Of a stretch of 64,000 nt of DNA, positions 1 through 12,950 are shown in pieces. A program made the position numbers and the translations under genes. How positions within the stretch are numbered: position 1 is the stretch's first letter; each line of letters opens with the position of its first letter. This DNA is from Felis catus (lineage: Eukaryota), in contig NC_058368.1 in NCBI RefSeq assembly GCF_018350175.1, positions 122,762,001 to 122,826,000 of the forward strand, read 5' to 3'. Below the pieces are notes generated by a model. That model searched no databases. It was not told the origin of the DNA and saw only the letters and a program-made list of their open reading frames with translations.

Positions 1-3000
1 CTGAACCAATATATGGAGTCATGCTAATGAGATGGAGATAAAGAACCCCAAATGAGGCAGTTGATTGGATGAAAGCTCTGAGAAATTGGTCCCCTGGCCA
101 CATTAGTACAGTAGGCATCTGGGGAATCATGTATTCAAATACACTGGCTCTCTACTTGAGTCCCCAAAGAATTGTATCTTGAAGGTTAAAACACGCATAA
201 ACCCTTGTTGGAACGAGATTTTTAGCTGAAAAAATAATGGGGCTGTGGGATAATATTAATGCTGTAGATCATACTGGACTTTCTGTTGCTCTTTCTAGAA
301 AACCAGTGGCATCACTACAAGGCTGGTTCCCGGCCTGAGTAATTGGAAAACCAATCAGTAGTTCTTTGCCTCAGTCAACAACAGGGAATCGTGGTAGTGA
401 ACTGAAGGTAGGGGAGGAAGGAGAAGAGGCAGGGAAGGAGGAGAGCACAGACACCAGATGCTAACCCAAAATATGAGTTACCTAGCAGCATCAGAAAAAC
501 CCCTTCCTGAAGTCCTCAGTCCTAGGACAGAAGTACACATCTAGTAAGTGCTCACGCCATCATACTATGTACAGAATATATATGCGCATATATGTACATA
601 TTTATAAAAGTGTTTGGATTTTGATCTGTCTCATTGTAAGAAGTTACTATAGTTAATGGGGGAAAATAGGCACATTTTGTGAGATGTCAATCAAAGGTAA
701 GTGATTGCTGTTACTATTGGATGCTGAGGATGTGCTTTTGGGAAATTGCATCACCTACACTTTAGCAAGTTTGTAGAATCTTGATTGTAGGCAAAGTTGG
801 ACACAAACTTCTTTAGCTACACCACCTCCATCCTACAGAACTTTGACATAACAAGGATGGAAATACAAGCACGGATGCAAAGATCTCAATGAGAAAACAC
901 AAATACAAAATCAGGGAACTTCACCGAGTCGGTCACCTGCATCTCTGAGTATGATACATTAGGTTGAATATAGCAAATTATAATCCTTCTATTTTTGTCA
1001 CATTGCTCCTTGAAGTAGATCTTTAGTAACTTGATTAAACATTGGACTTGGACCTTCAACAAGAGGTTTCTTTAGGAAGAACTGAACTACCAAATTAAAG
1101 GCAACAAAGGAATGTGAATCTGCCCGGCCCAGTACTAAAATGAAATCACAAGATCAACTCCACCCTTCTGTTATGTCTGAATCCTCTTGCCAATACACCT
1201 GAAATTCAGTCTCAAGGTAATATATTATATAGAAGTAACAAGGCGGTTGAACAGAATGGAAGCTTTTGTCCTTTAAGACCTTGTGACCTACTGTTTTTCC
1301 TTTTAGAAAGGAGAAGTCCACTTAAGGAAAGGCTCGGGCCCATCCTGAAAGCATGAACTCATGACATAAATAATCGTCTAAGGTTTGCTTTGATTACTGA
1401 TCTCTCAGATGTTATATTGAGCTTTTTCAATATAGTAGATAATGTGTTGTATACATACACCATACGTATACTGTATATATGTGTATATATGTACATATAT
1501 AGTGCCACTCTTTGACAGATCAAAAAATGCAATATTTAGAAAATAAAATGGCTATGCTGTCCATCTATTTCGATGTACCATAACACACATGATCCAATTA
1601 TTTAAACATCAACACAAATTATAAATATTATTTTTACAGCTCCCATGAAAACCTAGGCAGTTTTTAAAAAACACTTCATTTTGAAACAATGAACTTTCGA
1701 ATTACATTGAAGACATTGAACATGTGAATCACACAGTGGGTTTACAGAAAAAGGCGACAGTAAATATGCAAAAAGGAACAAGTTTATCAAAGATTTAAAC
1801 AAAAATTAGTTGCAAAAAATACTGTAGCAAAAATTATTTGGCAAAATTGTATCTTCTATATTACCAGAGAATGAATGTCCCCTTTCTACTCCAGCGATGA
1901 CTGATGAGCCCTCTACATCATTTCTATCCTCCTGAAGAACCAGGCAACCTATGTGAATGCTTATTTGTGAATGGCAGAAAGATCAAAGCAAAATTTATTC
2001 TTCCACCTCTACAACCTCCCTATTGGCAACGATTTCATTTATATGACATAGGTTAAAAGGGATCTGATACTTATTTTCAGCACATTCTAGTGTTTCCTAA
2101 AATAAAATGTGGGTGACCAAAAAAAAAAAGGTTAGACAGTCAAATTAGTAATAGATGCTTGCTAGTATAGCCAAATAATTTTTGATTTTGTTTTTCCTTC
2201 CTCATGAAAATTTTCCTGTCATGAATAACTGTGCCAGAGTGGGACTTTCATTTTAGGGCAAACTATTTTTTAATATTGTAAGTTATGTTTAATTTTCCAA
2301 GAGATGCATACTTTGTTAAGAAAGATTAGGCAAATGAGCCCTGAAGAACGCTGTTCTGTTACTAACTCGTTGGCCAAATGTGTCAGGATAGTCAAGATGC
2401 AGAAATTAAAGATCAAAGTGGGGATTATGAACTCTCTGTAAGAAGTTCAGCCACAGTAAGCCTCTTCATTGCTAATGAGACACTCTTTACTGTTGCTAAA
2501 CATTATCTGCAAGGGAAGCATTCATTTAAATATAATTCATTTCTGTGGATCCATGAGTGAAACACACATTTACAATTTTGTTAAATTTTTTGTAATTGTT
2601 GAGTAACAGAGAGATGTACCTACCAAAATATTCAGCCTCATTCAAAGATATGTTAATTATGAGGATCAGAAGTAAGACTTGGTAAAATATCACCATTTAG
2701 CCTAAAATCTAGAGAACTTTGCTCATCTCTTGAATGTTAAACAAAGAATCTCTCCTTTTGCATTCACCCTAAAAACATCAAAAGCTGCTTAGATGGTCAT
2801 CCTACCTGTATTGTTCTTGTATGATTTAATGTGTGTGTGATACAATCAGATTTATAACAGATAAGGTACATGATCAAGCCACACTAGTTTACAAATGTTT
2901 CTGATAATTTAAACCAAAGACAGTGTTTAGATATAAAATTTAATATAAAGTTTCTTGGTGGAAAAAGCACGATGAAGAGAAGGAAAGTAGGTATGATATA

Positions 3001-3654
3001 ACAGATGGAGTATGAATTTGCTCAGATGGACCCTGGAATGGCCAAGAAAGAGCAACGGAAGACAGAAGTCAAAGACAGGGAAGAATACTTTATCCTCCTC
3101 CATATATTCTGAGACTTGAAAGGGCTGGGTCACAGACGGTAGTGGCACCTTCTTTTACATTGTCTGCACAATGAATGTGCTGTTCATATTTAGTGTAGAA
3201 ACTACCTAGTTGAATGCAGAATCCAGCAGAAGGATATTTTGTATATTCCCAATAGGATATATTACTGTACATCTCCCCCAAATTAAAGGGATAATCAGAC
3301 TAATTATGTGATAACTATCGGTTTACTCCAAGCCTTAATTTCATAGTTGGCTCTCCTAAGATAAAAGTGGAGTTTGGTTTCATGGCATGCATATGCAATA
3401 GAGAGAGCTAGGAGATGCTTATCAGTGAGATGATATTCTTCTATCTTGTTCAAAAGCATGAGATGATCTATTTACTACAGGTTATCAGAGACCCTGGCTC
3501 TGGATCTCTCAACCTTTATTGCTAGCAATATCCCAGGTAGTTTGATGGGAAAGCTTCAGTGCTGCAGGGCTTAGATTTAACCAGATGGAAGCACTATTTT
3601 ATGACACAGGGGACTCTTTCTCAACAATATAAGAAAGTCAAATAATACAGCAGT

Positions 3655-3860
3655 CATCATTTTACAAAGCACTTTGTGCTACTTTAAGCACCTCTTGTTC
3701 GAGAATTGCAAAAAAAAAAAAACAACTTTATGAAAAAGCATTTAACCTCATTTTGCAGATGAGGAAACTGAGGCACAGAGAGGTTAAGTGACTGGGCCAA
3801 AGATACCTGGATCAGCAGTAAATATAAGGACAAAAAGTGGGACCCCAGCATTCTAGCCTT
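3655..3860 (-). mobile_element. MIR SINE within the 3' UTR
   Basis: MIR core ttttgcagatgaggaaactgaggcacagagaggttaagtgact. Confidence 0.85.
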
Positions 3861-4914
3861 TCTTGCCTATTCTTCAGTTATTGTTCTGGCTTTGAAAATG
3901 CCAGTGCTAAAACCAAAGAATAAGATACTGAACTCATGTCTGGAAGGATTTGTGTAGCATTTCATAGAAAGAGTTTCTGGTTCCCTACACACATTCTTTA
4001 GGCATGGGAGATCTAGCCCTGTAAATAAAACCTTGACAATTTGAAAAATTGAGGCTGTTTTGTTATCTACAGTCAATGAGGTGTAAAATTAGGTTTCAGG
4101 AACATTTATTGGCTCTCAGAGCTGAATCCAAGACTAAGTATTACATAACTTAGGAAAAGTACCAGTCTTCTAATTGCCTCTGGTAGAAAACGACCTTATC
4201 ATAACATATGTTGCTTCTGTATAAAAAAAGTAGAGCTGTCTTGCTGTGGTCAGCTCTCTGGGGGAAAAAATGTTATCAGTCTAAATGACAAGAGGTCAGA
4301 ATGCTCTAGGCATATCAGGATACTTTAAAAAATAATCATCATTTTATTTAATATTCACATCTCTGTGGCAAACTCAACTGTTGGTAGAAGTTTACTTATC
4401 GCCTCTATTGTGTGTTTTTACTCAAATCGTATAACATATTTATTTGCAGGCATTTTAAGCAGCCATTTGAAAACCGGTATTTTAGAAATGGATTCAAAGA
4501 TGCTCTCTGGCCCGTGTTCCCTATAGACGTTGGCATTCGAAAAAGAACTACGTCAGGGAGCTTGTGATTTAGAGCATCGTCTTCTTAATTTTCGATAGCA
4601 ATGAGATCAGTCTGTTCGTGGAGGAACACAGATGTGACAGAAGGCCAGGGAAGCATCAAATCTGCTTTTATTTCTTATGTTACATTTGCCGAGGTCCTTT
4701 GCCTCGCCTCGTTGCCAGTTTAGTTGGGGCTCACTGTGATCCTCTGTCATCTGTGGAATGCATTCCACAAGCTTCACCTTTTGCAGAAAGACCAACGGGA
4801 GACTGCTTTTCTTCCCATTCACACTGTAGATGTCTCTGTTCCTGAGTTTTAAACAACAATAAAGACAAAAAGCAAATCCCTGTAGTAAGAAACCAGACTT
4901 TTCAAATGAAACAT

Positions 4915-4920
4915 TTTATT
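4915..4920 (-). terminator. Candidate proximal polyadenylation signal AATAAA
   Basis: AATAAA on the minus strand about 500 nt after the SNRKHG stop, with a U/GU-rich tract downstream at 4847-4872. Confidence 0.45.
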
Positions 4921-5413
4921 GTAAATAGCTCCTCATAGGTATTCCTCGTGCTTCATTCCCCACCCTCCCTTGTTTTTTGTTTGTTTGTTTTGATTTTTTA
5001 AAATGTTTATTTCGGGACTAGAGTTTCCATGGGGTGTAGTGTTACATTAAAATGATCCCCCTGCACAGCAGGGGTAGAATGTTTCTTTGTAACTTTGGTT
5101 CCATGCCCAAGACACATCTTTCCTTGATCTGCTGAAACTGTTTCCATTGCTGATTTTTTTTCTTTACACAATATATGTTTATACTTCTTCTCTTCTGGTT
5201 TGACATATACATGTTTCATTAAATGCAGCATATATTGTAGATTTTCAACAGGGTCATGTAGGAACTGTCAAGTAAGAAACCTTGAATAATGGCTTTAAAA
5301 TACACAGTTGTAGTCCTGGCTACAGGGTAGTTCTTAGCATTTGATCTCCCTCTCACTGTTGTAAACATTTCTGCCATCTTTGAAGGTTTAGAGGCATTTG
5401 CCTTTCTGGGGTC

Positions 5414-5434
5414 TTATCCATGTTTTCGGTTACT
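5414..5434 (-). CDS. JAKMIP2: JAKMIP2 terminal exon, alternative C-terminus SNRKHG* used when exon 21 is skipped
   Basis: ttccctctgttttacag|AGT AAC CGA AAA CAT GGA TAA. Matches the C-terminus I recall for a human isoform lacking the hydrophobic tail. Confidence 0.88.
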   Translation of the reverse strand, partial: SNRKHG

Positions 5435-7663
5435 CTGTAAAACAGAGGGAAAATTCTTTAATCATCATTTCTGTCCATGGCTGAAACTGGAAAAAAGCTC
5501 TTTTTTTTTCTAAAGAAAAAAAAAATTATTTACCACCTCTTTGAGCTCTACGATCTTCTTTAAGTTACATCAATGAAGTTTCTAAGCTTAATTACTTTGA
5601 TTTTAAGTGAGAAAACAGAATGATCTATTTTAAGGGTTATTGCAACATAATGCACATAAAGCAATTAACAGTTCTTGTTTCATAATAAGTGGCCTGACAT
5701 ATTAGCAATTATGATTGTTGCCTTTTCTTCTGTGGCCTTCTAAGACAATACCTTAAGAAGCTCTAATGAATTATATCCCCAAATATAAATGTAAGATTTT
5801 AAAAAGCAGGTCTGTCTATGCCCTTCAATGACTTACTTTTATGTCACACTTCCTCCTCAACAATTGTACGCAGTACCAGATGGTCTCCACCCTGAGGTCC
5901 TGACCTGGGAACTATGCCATACAGGGTTTCTTCATTGGCTCCAGTGATCTTCCTGAAAGAGGTACGTCCCTGGACTATGCCAGTTAGGATTCCTATCCCT
6001 ATTCCTCTTTAAGTCTCTATGTCTGGGTTTTTAGTTGGTTAGAAGTTAAGGACATAATAATCTCTTCCTCCAAACAGGCAAAGACAGCACAGAGGACATG
6101 CTATCATGTACTATTTAAGAACCTGGCCTGTTTCTATATAATATATATACAAATATACTATATGTATACAAATATATATGCTATATGTATATAGTATATG
6201 TATGTGTGTGTATAAAATAAATATGTAAACATAGAAAGTCTTTTACTTACAAACTTTCAATTTATACATTCTCAGAGATAAATCCTAAATTCTGTTTCAA
6301 AACACACAGGCATCATTTATGCCTGTCACAACTGAAGTAAAGCCCATCATTTCAATAAAACCATGTTGGTTTTAAAAAAAAAGGGGGCTTGTAGTCTCCC
6401 AGAATATTAAATTTCTGTACAGTGAGTGTCTGTAAAGGAACTAGGAGCAAAGCCACATTTATTCAAACGGGCATTCCAAATACGTGAAGCACTAGCCATC
6501 GATGACCAATTTTCAGTCAACTAAAGGTCAGTACACTATAACTCAAACTGTACAGAATATAAATTCATCTTGGTTCTGAAAGCTGATATTACAGAACCTC
6601 AAGGATTCTTTTCAGTGGGTTCCTTAATTTCAATGAGCTTTAGTTTCCTCCTCTGTAAAACAGCGATTGCAGCTATCATTTCTGAGAATTTACTACCTGC
6701 CACCAGACTCTAAGTGAATGAGCACAGTGATGTCACTTCTGACCTGAGACTCTAGTATCCAAGTACCCACCATGCCAGTTGATTCATAGATGACACTTAG
6801 CGAATATTAGTCGGGTCCAATCGGCAGACTACTTATGTTCACCATTCTTGAGGGTTTTCTAACTGCTAGAAGGTAGTTTAGATCCTAATTTATGGGCCAC
6901 ATATTTAGAGGCATATTGATTAACAAACTGTAGCCACATCCTGATCTCTAGTTATCACAAGTAACTGTAAATCCTGGACAGCAGTCACGCCCTCTTCCTG
7001 CTTCCTGTATCTCTATAAAGGTCACCACGACCCAACCAACTGCACCATCCAGACCTCTAAGGGCCTTCATGACACCTTGCATTCCATCAGTCCTCATATA
7101 CAGTTTATCATATGGTAGAATATTCAATAAAAGATAGCTCTTATTATTGCCTCCATTTTACAGATGAGGAAACTGCCCCACGAGAAAGGCAGGAAATATT
7201 GAATGAAATGTAACTGAAGTCAGAAGATCAGGGAGGCTTCCCTGAGTCCCTGATTTTACACTGGGATGGGCAGTACAAACGGATATTAAATAGTTGACCA
7301 TGGTGTGGGAAACATGTGGCCCGAGTAGATTCAAGTATGTCTCAAAATGCATGATCCAGGACAGAATGCTTGCTATGTCCTAGGAAGTTGGCTTTTAATG
7401 AGTCTTTCTATGTGCCAGGTACTATATTGGTTGCTTTACTTATATAACATCAGTTAATCCTTAGGAAAATAGTAGATGCTAACACTTGCTAATTTTTTAT
7501 ATTAAGAAATTAATGTTTAGAGAAGTATAATAGTATTTATTTTGTAGAATCACTCTATTAAATACAATAGATATGAAATGTACTCTTTCAACCACAAAAG
7601 AGATAACCTCTTCCTCTTCCTTACCATAATATCATCACTACCATTAAGAAGTATTTATTGATT

Positions 7664-7901
7664 GGGGCACCTGGTAGCACAGTTTGTTAAGCATCCAACT
7701 CTTGACCTCGGCTCAGGTCATGACCTCATGGTTTGTGAGTTCAAGCCCTGCATCGGGCTCTGTGCTGATGGCGAGGAGCCTGCTCGGGATTCTCACTCCC
7801 TCTGTCTCTGCCCCTCCCCTGCTTGTGTACCCCTTCTTTCTTTCTCTCAAAATAAGTATATAAACTCAAACAAATAAAAATAAAGATAAAAATAATAAAA
7901 A
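7664..7901 (+). mobile_element. Can-SINE with 17-bp target site duplication (TSD)
   Basis: ggggcacctgg head, CT tract and A tail. TSD aagaagtatttattgat at 7646-7662 and 7902-7918. Confidence 0.95.
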
Positions 7902-7909
7902 AAGAAGTA

Positions 7910-8480
7910 TTTATTGATGGCCAACTATAAGCTAGGCACTATCTGGGTACTGGGGTTACAAGGACGAAGAAAACATGTATGGTCCCTGCCTTCATGAACC
8001 TATATACAATGAGGGAGAGAGGCATTATTAATTAAAAACAGCAACAACAATAACAACAACCAAAACAAGCCAAATGCACGTGAAATGTTGCTGGGAGTGA
8101 AATCAAGGAAGATTTCCCTGCAGGAATCACAAGTGAGCTGAGTTCTGAAGGATGAGTGAGTAGGTGTTTACTAGATAAAGCAGGGTTGAAAGTACCATGC
8201 ACACAAAGACTGTGTGGGCAAACCCCTGTGGTAGGCAGAAGGGAGCAAGACTCATCAAGGGAGATCCTAGAGCAAGAAAAAGCCCAAAGAGACCATCTGC
8301 AGTGAGAGGACACAGGGCTCTGTTGGCCACGTGAAGGGATTGGGATTTCCCCCTAATAATGATACTTTCCCAGGAATGGAGCATGATTAGATTTGTTTCC
8401 TAAAACGGACTCAGTGGCCGTGTGGAGAATGAGTTATAAGAGTGTCTGGAGAAGCAATGAACTGAGTTAGGAGGGTATCC
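7910..8480 (-). mobile_element. L2 fragment
   Basis: L2 3'-end-like sequence (ctaggcactatctgggtactgggg...ggtccctgccttcatg). Confidence 0.6.
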
Positions 8481-9272
8481 CCACTAGGAAGTTGGGGTAT
8501 TTGTTCATGTATCCTTTCCTTTGTTCACTTATTCTTGAGGTTATTCTCCAATGACATATAAAGAACAAATCACACACTTATCTTTGTATTACACTACTAT
8601 GCTATCAAGAGCTACAATCTAACATGTCATAAATCTGCTTTCAATTTACCCAACTATTTACTCATTCATCTGTCTACCCTTTTGTCCATATGTCAACGTA
8701 AAATGTATTTAGTACCTAGTATGTATAAGACACTGTTGTAGACACTGAAGATACAAAGATAAAGCATAAGCCCTACTCTACGCTTTCTTAATAGTCTATG
8801 TAAGACAGATAGGGAAACATTCTTAATATGACTAGATGAAGGCTAATAGATACATCTACATAAAGACTGATTAACTGGCATACAATGATTCATCTTACAG
8901 ACCTGTCCTACCAATATAAAAGAATAAGGAGCGAAATTCTTTATTTGAAACAATAAATATAGTAGAGTTCCTGTTGCCATCTGTTTTCCACAGGCCACCT
9001 GCAGGCCTTGGTGGGAGGAGAGACTGAAAATTATAAATAAGAAATGAACATTTGCATATTTTAATGGAGAATTTGTAACTAATGACCTGTGGCTGTTCTT
9101 ATACTGCAGTATATATTTTTAAAGGTTTTTTTTTTTTTGGATCAGAACAATAATACAGTATTATGTGACTTTTAATATGTTTTATGTTACTAGACAGGAA
9201 GTGAAAATACACAGCTATCAGGTTCAAGAGTTCGTGGCTGACACAGGAATCATTAAAAAGGAACCATGGTAC

Positions 9273-9503
9273 GGGTGCCTGGGTGGCTCAGTCGGTTACT
9301 CTTCCGACTTTGGCTCAGGTCATGATCTCGTGGTTCGTGAGTTTAAGCCCTGCGCTGGGCTCTGTGCTGACAGCTCAGACCCCGGAACCTGCTTCAGATT
9401 CTGTGTTTCCCTCTCTCTCTGCCACCCCTCCCCTGCTTGTGCTTTGTCTCTCTCTCTCTCTCTCTCTCAAAATAAATAAACATTACAAAAAATTAAAAAG
9501 AGA
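9273..9503 (+). mobile_element. Can-SINE (SINEC_Fc type)
   Basis: Full head, CT tract and A tail; imperfect TSD aaaaaggaacca. Confidence 0.95.
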
Positions 9504-12391
9504 AAAAAGGAACCAGAGTACGTAGACAAAGAATCATGATCACCTGTTTTCTGTCTGGTCTTCCAAACTTCATAATGAACAGAGCTGGTTCTATCATGTT
9601 CTTTATTAAACTGTCCCTCTTCAGAAGAACAGGGTTTTCAGTGAGTTATCGTAACCTGGATATAACAACCCAGTGATAGCTACTTCTGTACTCCTCTCAT
9701 TTTCTTCTTTCCTTTGTCTCCTGAAATAACTAATATGAAAGAATTTGTGGTACCCTACTTATTTCGAGTAAATATACAGAATGCATGGACAGATGATATC
9801 TCCTAAAACTACCTGGGGTTCCCCTCCTTAAGATAAAAGTCCCAATATAATCCACGGACTTGCGTTACTTAGCAGCCACTGAGAGCAATAAGGCAATAAG
9901 GGTACCTTCTTGGGAGCCTTCAGCAGCTTCTAGATCATCACTGACAAAAATGACTTAGGTAATTGTAATTGCTAAAAGAAAAAAAGCATGAGTCGCTTCA
10001 CTTTAAGGAGGATATCTTTAAATATACTTTAAGTTAGTCTTGGGTTTAAGAGCAGAATACAAACCCTTAATTTAGTAGGAAAAATATTTTTATGATTATG
10101 TGTGTAGCATGCCTTTACTCTCTGCAGACAAGCCAAGCATTTTTCTCCCTGATTTTTTTCCCTATCTCTAGCTCATCTGCTATGGAGATAAAAGTGGCAT
10201 TAATCAATTTCCAGGCATGTCTTATTTAAATCTAGATTACTCCCTGAAAAGAGGAGATGAAACGGCAACTACTTGTTCTGGTTTAGGTGGTAAACTACTT
10301 GATAATGCTAGAGGTTATAATTTCAAACTTATATATTGACAAATTCAGTAAACGTGATAGCCAGCTTTTAAAAATAATACCAGCTAAGAGTTGCTGATGA
10401 TTGAACTATGTTCCAAGTGATGCAATTAGTCCTTTATATGCACAATCTCATTTAGTTCTCTCAATATAATACCATGGTGTGGGTAATACAACCACTTTAC
10501 AGACGAGGAAACCTAATCTCAGGTGGATTAAAGCTACCACGCCATAGCTTGTAAATGGCAGGATCCAAACTTAACAGTATATCTAACTTCGAAGTTGTAA
10601 CTCTAAACTACTCAGCCATTTTCCCATACGTATTTTAGACTCCCCAGATTCCCTGTCACACTGATCTGCTATATCCTTATTACTTATAATCATGATCTTT
10701 CATTCAACAGACAATTACTAAGTGTCAGTAATGTGCTACTCTGGAGGAAAAGCAAATTAAGTCTTGTACAACCCTCAAAGAGTCACACAAAATGGGAAAA
10801 GGTAGAGGGATGAGCACAATGTAATTTCAAAACCCACTAGCCCAGCAGTACCACCCACATTTCAGAAGACGCCTCTGATTGCTTATATATACAAACAGAA
10901 ATGGTGCTCACAAAGTGACAGCAATGCCCTCTCCTTTGGGAGGCAGCGTGGTGCTTAAAAGTGGCTAAAAGCCTTTACAGTGAGGGTCTGGGTACAAATA
11001 CTAATCCTGCCAATTGTAGCTCTATGGCCTTGGAAGTTCCCGTGCTACTGTTTCTCCAACTGTAAAGAAAGGAATAAAAGCAGCCCTTACTTTACAGGGG
11101 GCATTTTGAGGATTACTGTATCTATAGCTCAGAACGGCCCCTGGCGTGTAAGGGTAAGCCATTAATGATGTGACTGTTCGAACCTACCCATTTTCTGACT
11201 AGTATTGATGAGTTTTGATTTTTCTCCCCTCAATTACCACATAGTACTTGTGTCCTGTTTCTTTATTATTCTTGGTGGGGGAGGGCTATTCGTTTTCTGA
11301 TGCTCTGGCCATTCCTACCTCGTCCTGGAAAATCTCACCCATTTCACCTTACATTTTCATTCAATTTAAGAGACACAGTCTTTTCCCTATGTTCTGCAGG
11401 ATTACCATCCTTCTTGGCAGACAAAGGACGGCTGGCAGGCTGAACAGAAACTCTTTCGGAAGAAAGCATAAAGCCAGAAGGTTGGTTATATGAGGACATA
11501 AACTTTCTGGGCATATATGCTTAACTGCTTCCTTGTATCAGGCCATGCTAATGTACTTTTGCTTGTCGGTTCCTCACGTAGGTAACAGGGTTGATACCCA
11601 TGGAGAGAAAGTGTCTCTTCTCTATTTTTCAACTTGCTATAGAAAATGTTGAATAACATGAGGCCCAGGGAAGATCCCTGTGTAATGGAATTTAAGAGGA
11701 AAATCAAAGTGGACGCAGACCATGACGTATGGATTTAGAAGAGCACCTGGCCCTTGCTCATTTTTAAATAATGCTATTACGAGGTGCAGTTTCTGTACCC
11801 AGGGAGACATCAGACTCAGCTGGTATGCCTGTTAGAAACACAGACTGGTCTTTGCTTTCCACCTCTCCCACCCCTCCATCTCACCTCCACCTCCAGTAAC
11901 CTGATCCACTGAGTTGGAGGTAAGGACTTGGAACCTGTATTTTTCATAGCTTTGGGAATCAGTGTCTAAGATTACTTATACATGTATTTGTGAGACAAAG
12001 ACTTAATCATTGAGGAGTAATAAAACTCGCGTTTTTCTATATGGGCACTGAAAGTTAGCTTACTTGAAAAGAAGATCCAATTTCACTTAATAGCCTGCTT
12101 TCCTGAATTCTGATGAAATCAGACTGGGAGAAGGGGTTAAAAATAACCAGCCATTTTTAGCTTGTTAGGTTTACAGAATCAGAATTTTCAAGCTGGATGA
12201 GATACTAAAAATATACTGATATTTCTTCATTTTGCAGAGAGGGAAGCAAATCCTTCCATATATTAAAAGACTGATGAGAATACTAAGCCCCATAAACACC
12301 ATGACTTCCCAAAGCAACACGGTTAACTAGAACAATATTCTTGATTTCCATATTTGGTGGTTGCTTTATTTTTTTTAATAATCACCCAAAT

Positions 12392-12621
12392 GGGGGGCCC
12401 CTGGTTGGCTCAGTCGGTTCAGCATCCGACTTCAGCTCAGGTCATAACCTCACAGTCTGTGAGTTCAAGCCCCACGTGGGGCTCTGTGCTGACAGCTCAG
12501 AGCCTGGAGCCTGGAGCCTGCTTCGAATTCTTTGTCTCCCCCTCTCTCTGCCCCTCCCCTGCTCATGCTCTGTCTCTCTCTGTCTCAAAAACAAATAAAA
12601 GCATTTAAAAAATTTAAAAAA
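12392..12621 (+). mobile_element. Can-SINE (SINEC_Fc type)
   Basis: TSD aatcacccaaatgg; small internal tggagcc duplication. Confidence 0.95.
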
Positions 12622-12899
12622 AATCACCCAAATGGACTGGATCTGTTTCTCACGTTTTTTACTTTAATCTTTTTTTTAATTGAAGCACAGTTGATACACA
12701 ATGTTACATTAGTTCCAGGTGATCTGTTTCTCCTTTTATGGCATTTAAGCTAACCAAACCAAATGTATTTGTGTTTTTTTTTAAACCAAACAAACATGGG
12801 CATTACTAGTAACTGTATACAGCATCCTTCTGATCAAACACCTCTTAGAACCACATTTTGAGAATTAAATGAAATCTTACCTGAAGAGGCACCTTGACA

Positions 12900-12950
12900 T
12901 CAAGGCCATAGAATAAAGGCAAGAGAGAAGAACAAGAATAGAAACAGAAA
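12900..12950 (-). CDS. JAKMIP2: JAKMIP2 exon 21 coding part (FLFLFLFFSLAFILWP*, hydrophobic tail). The full exon is 12881-12950.
   Basis: Long pyrimidine tract then cag|TTT; TGA at 12900-12902; 19 nt of UTR then CAG|gtaaga donor. Confidence 0.95.
   Translation of the reverse strand, partial: FLFLFLFFSLAFILWP

Larger units (their letters stand above)
1..5413 (-). other. JAKMIP2: JAKMIP2 3' UTR (long form; the distal end was not located and may lie outside the window)
   Basis: Follows the last acceptor. AT-rich and free of Can-SINEs over about 5.4 kb, unlike the introns. Confidence 0.7.

Noticed and set aside
578..601. Palindromes atatatgcgcatatat and atatgtacatat
   Set aside because: Arise trivially from alternating purine-pyrimidine low-complexity sequence
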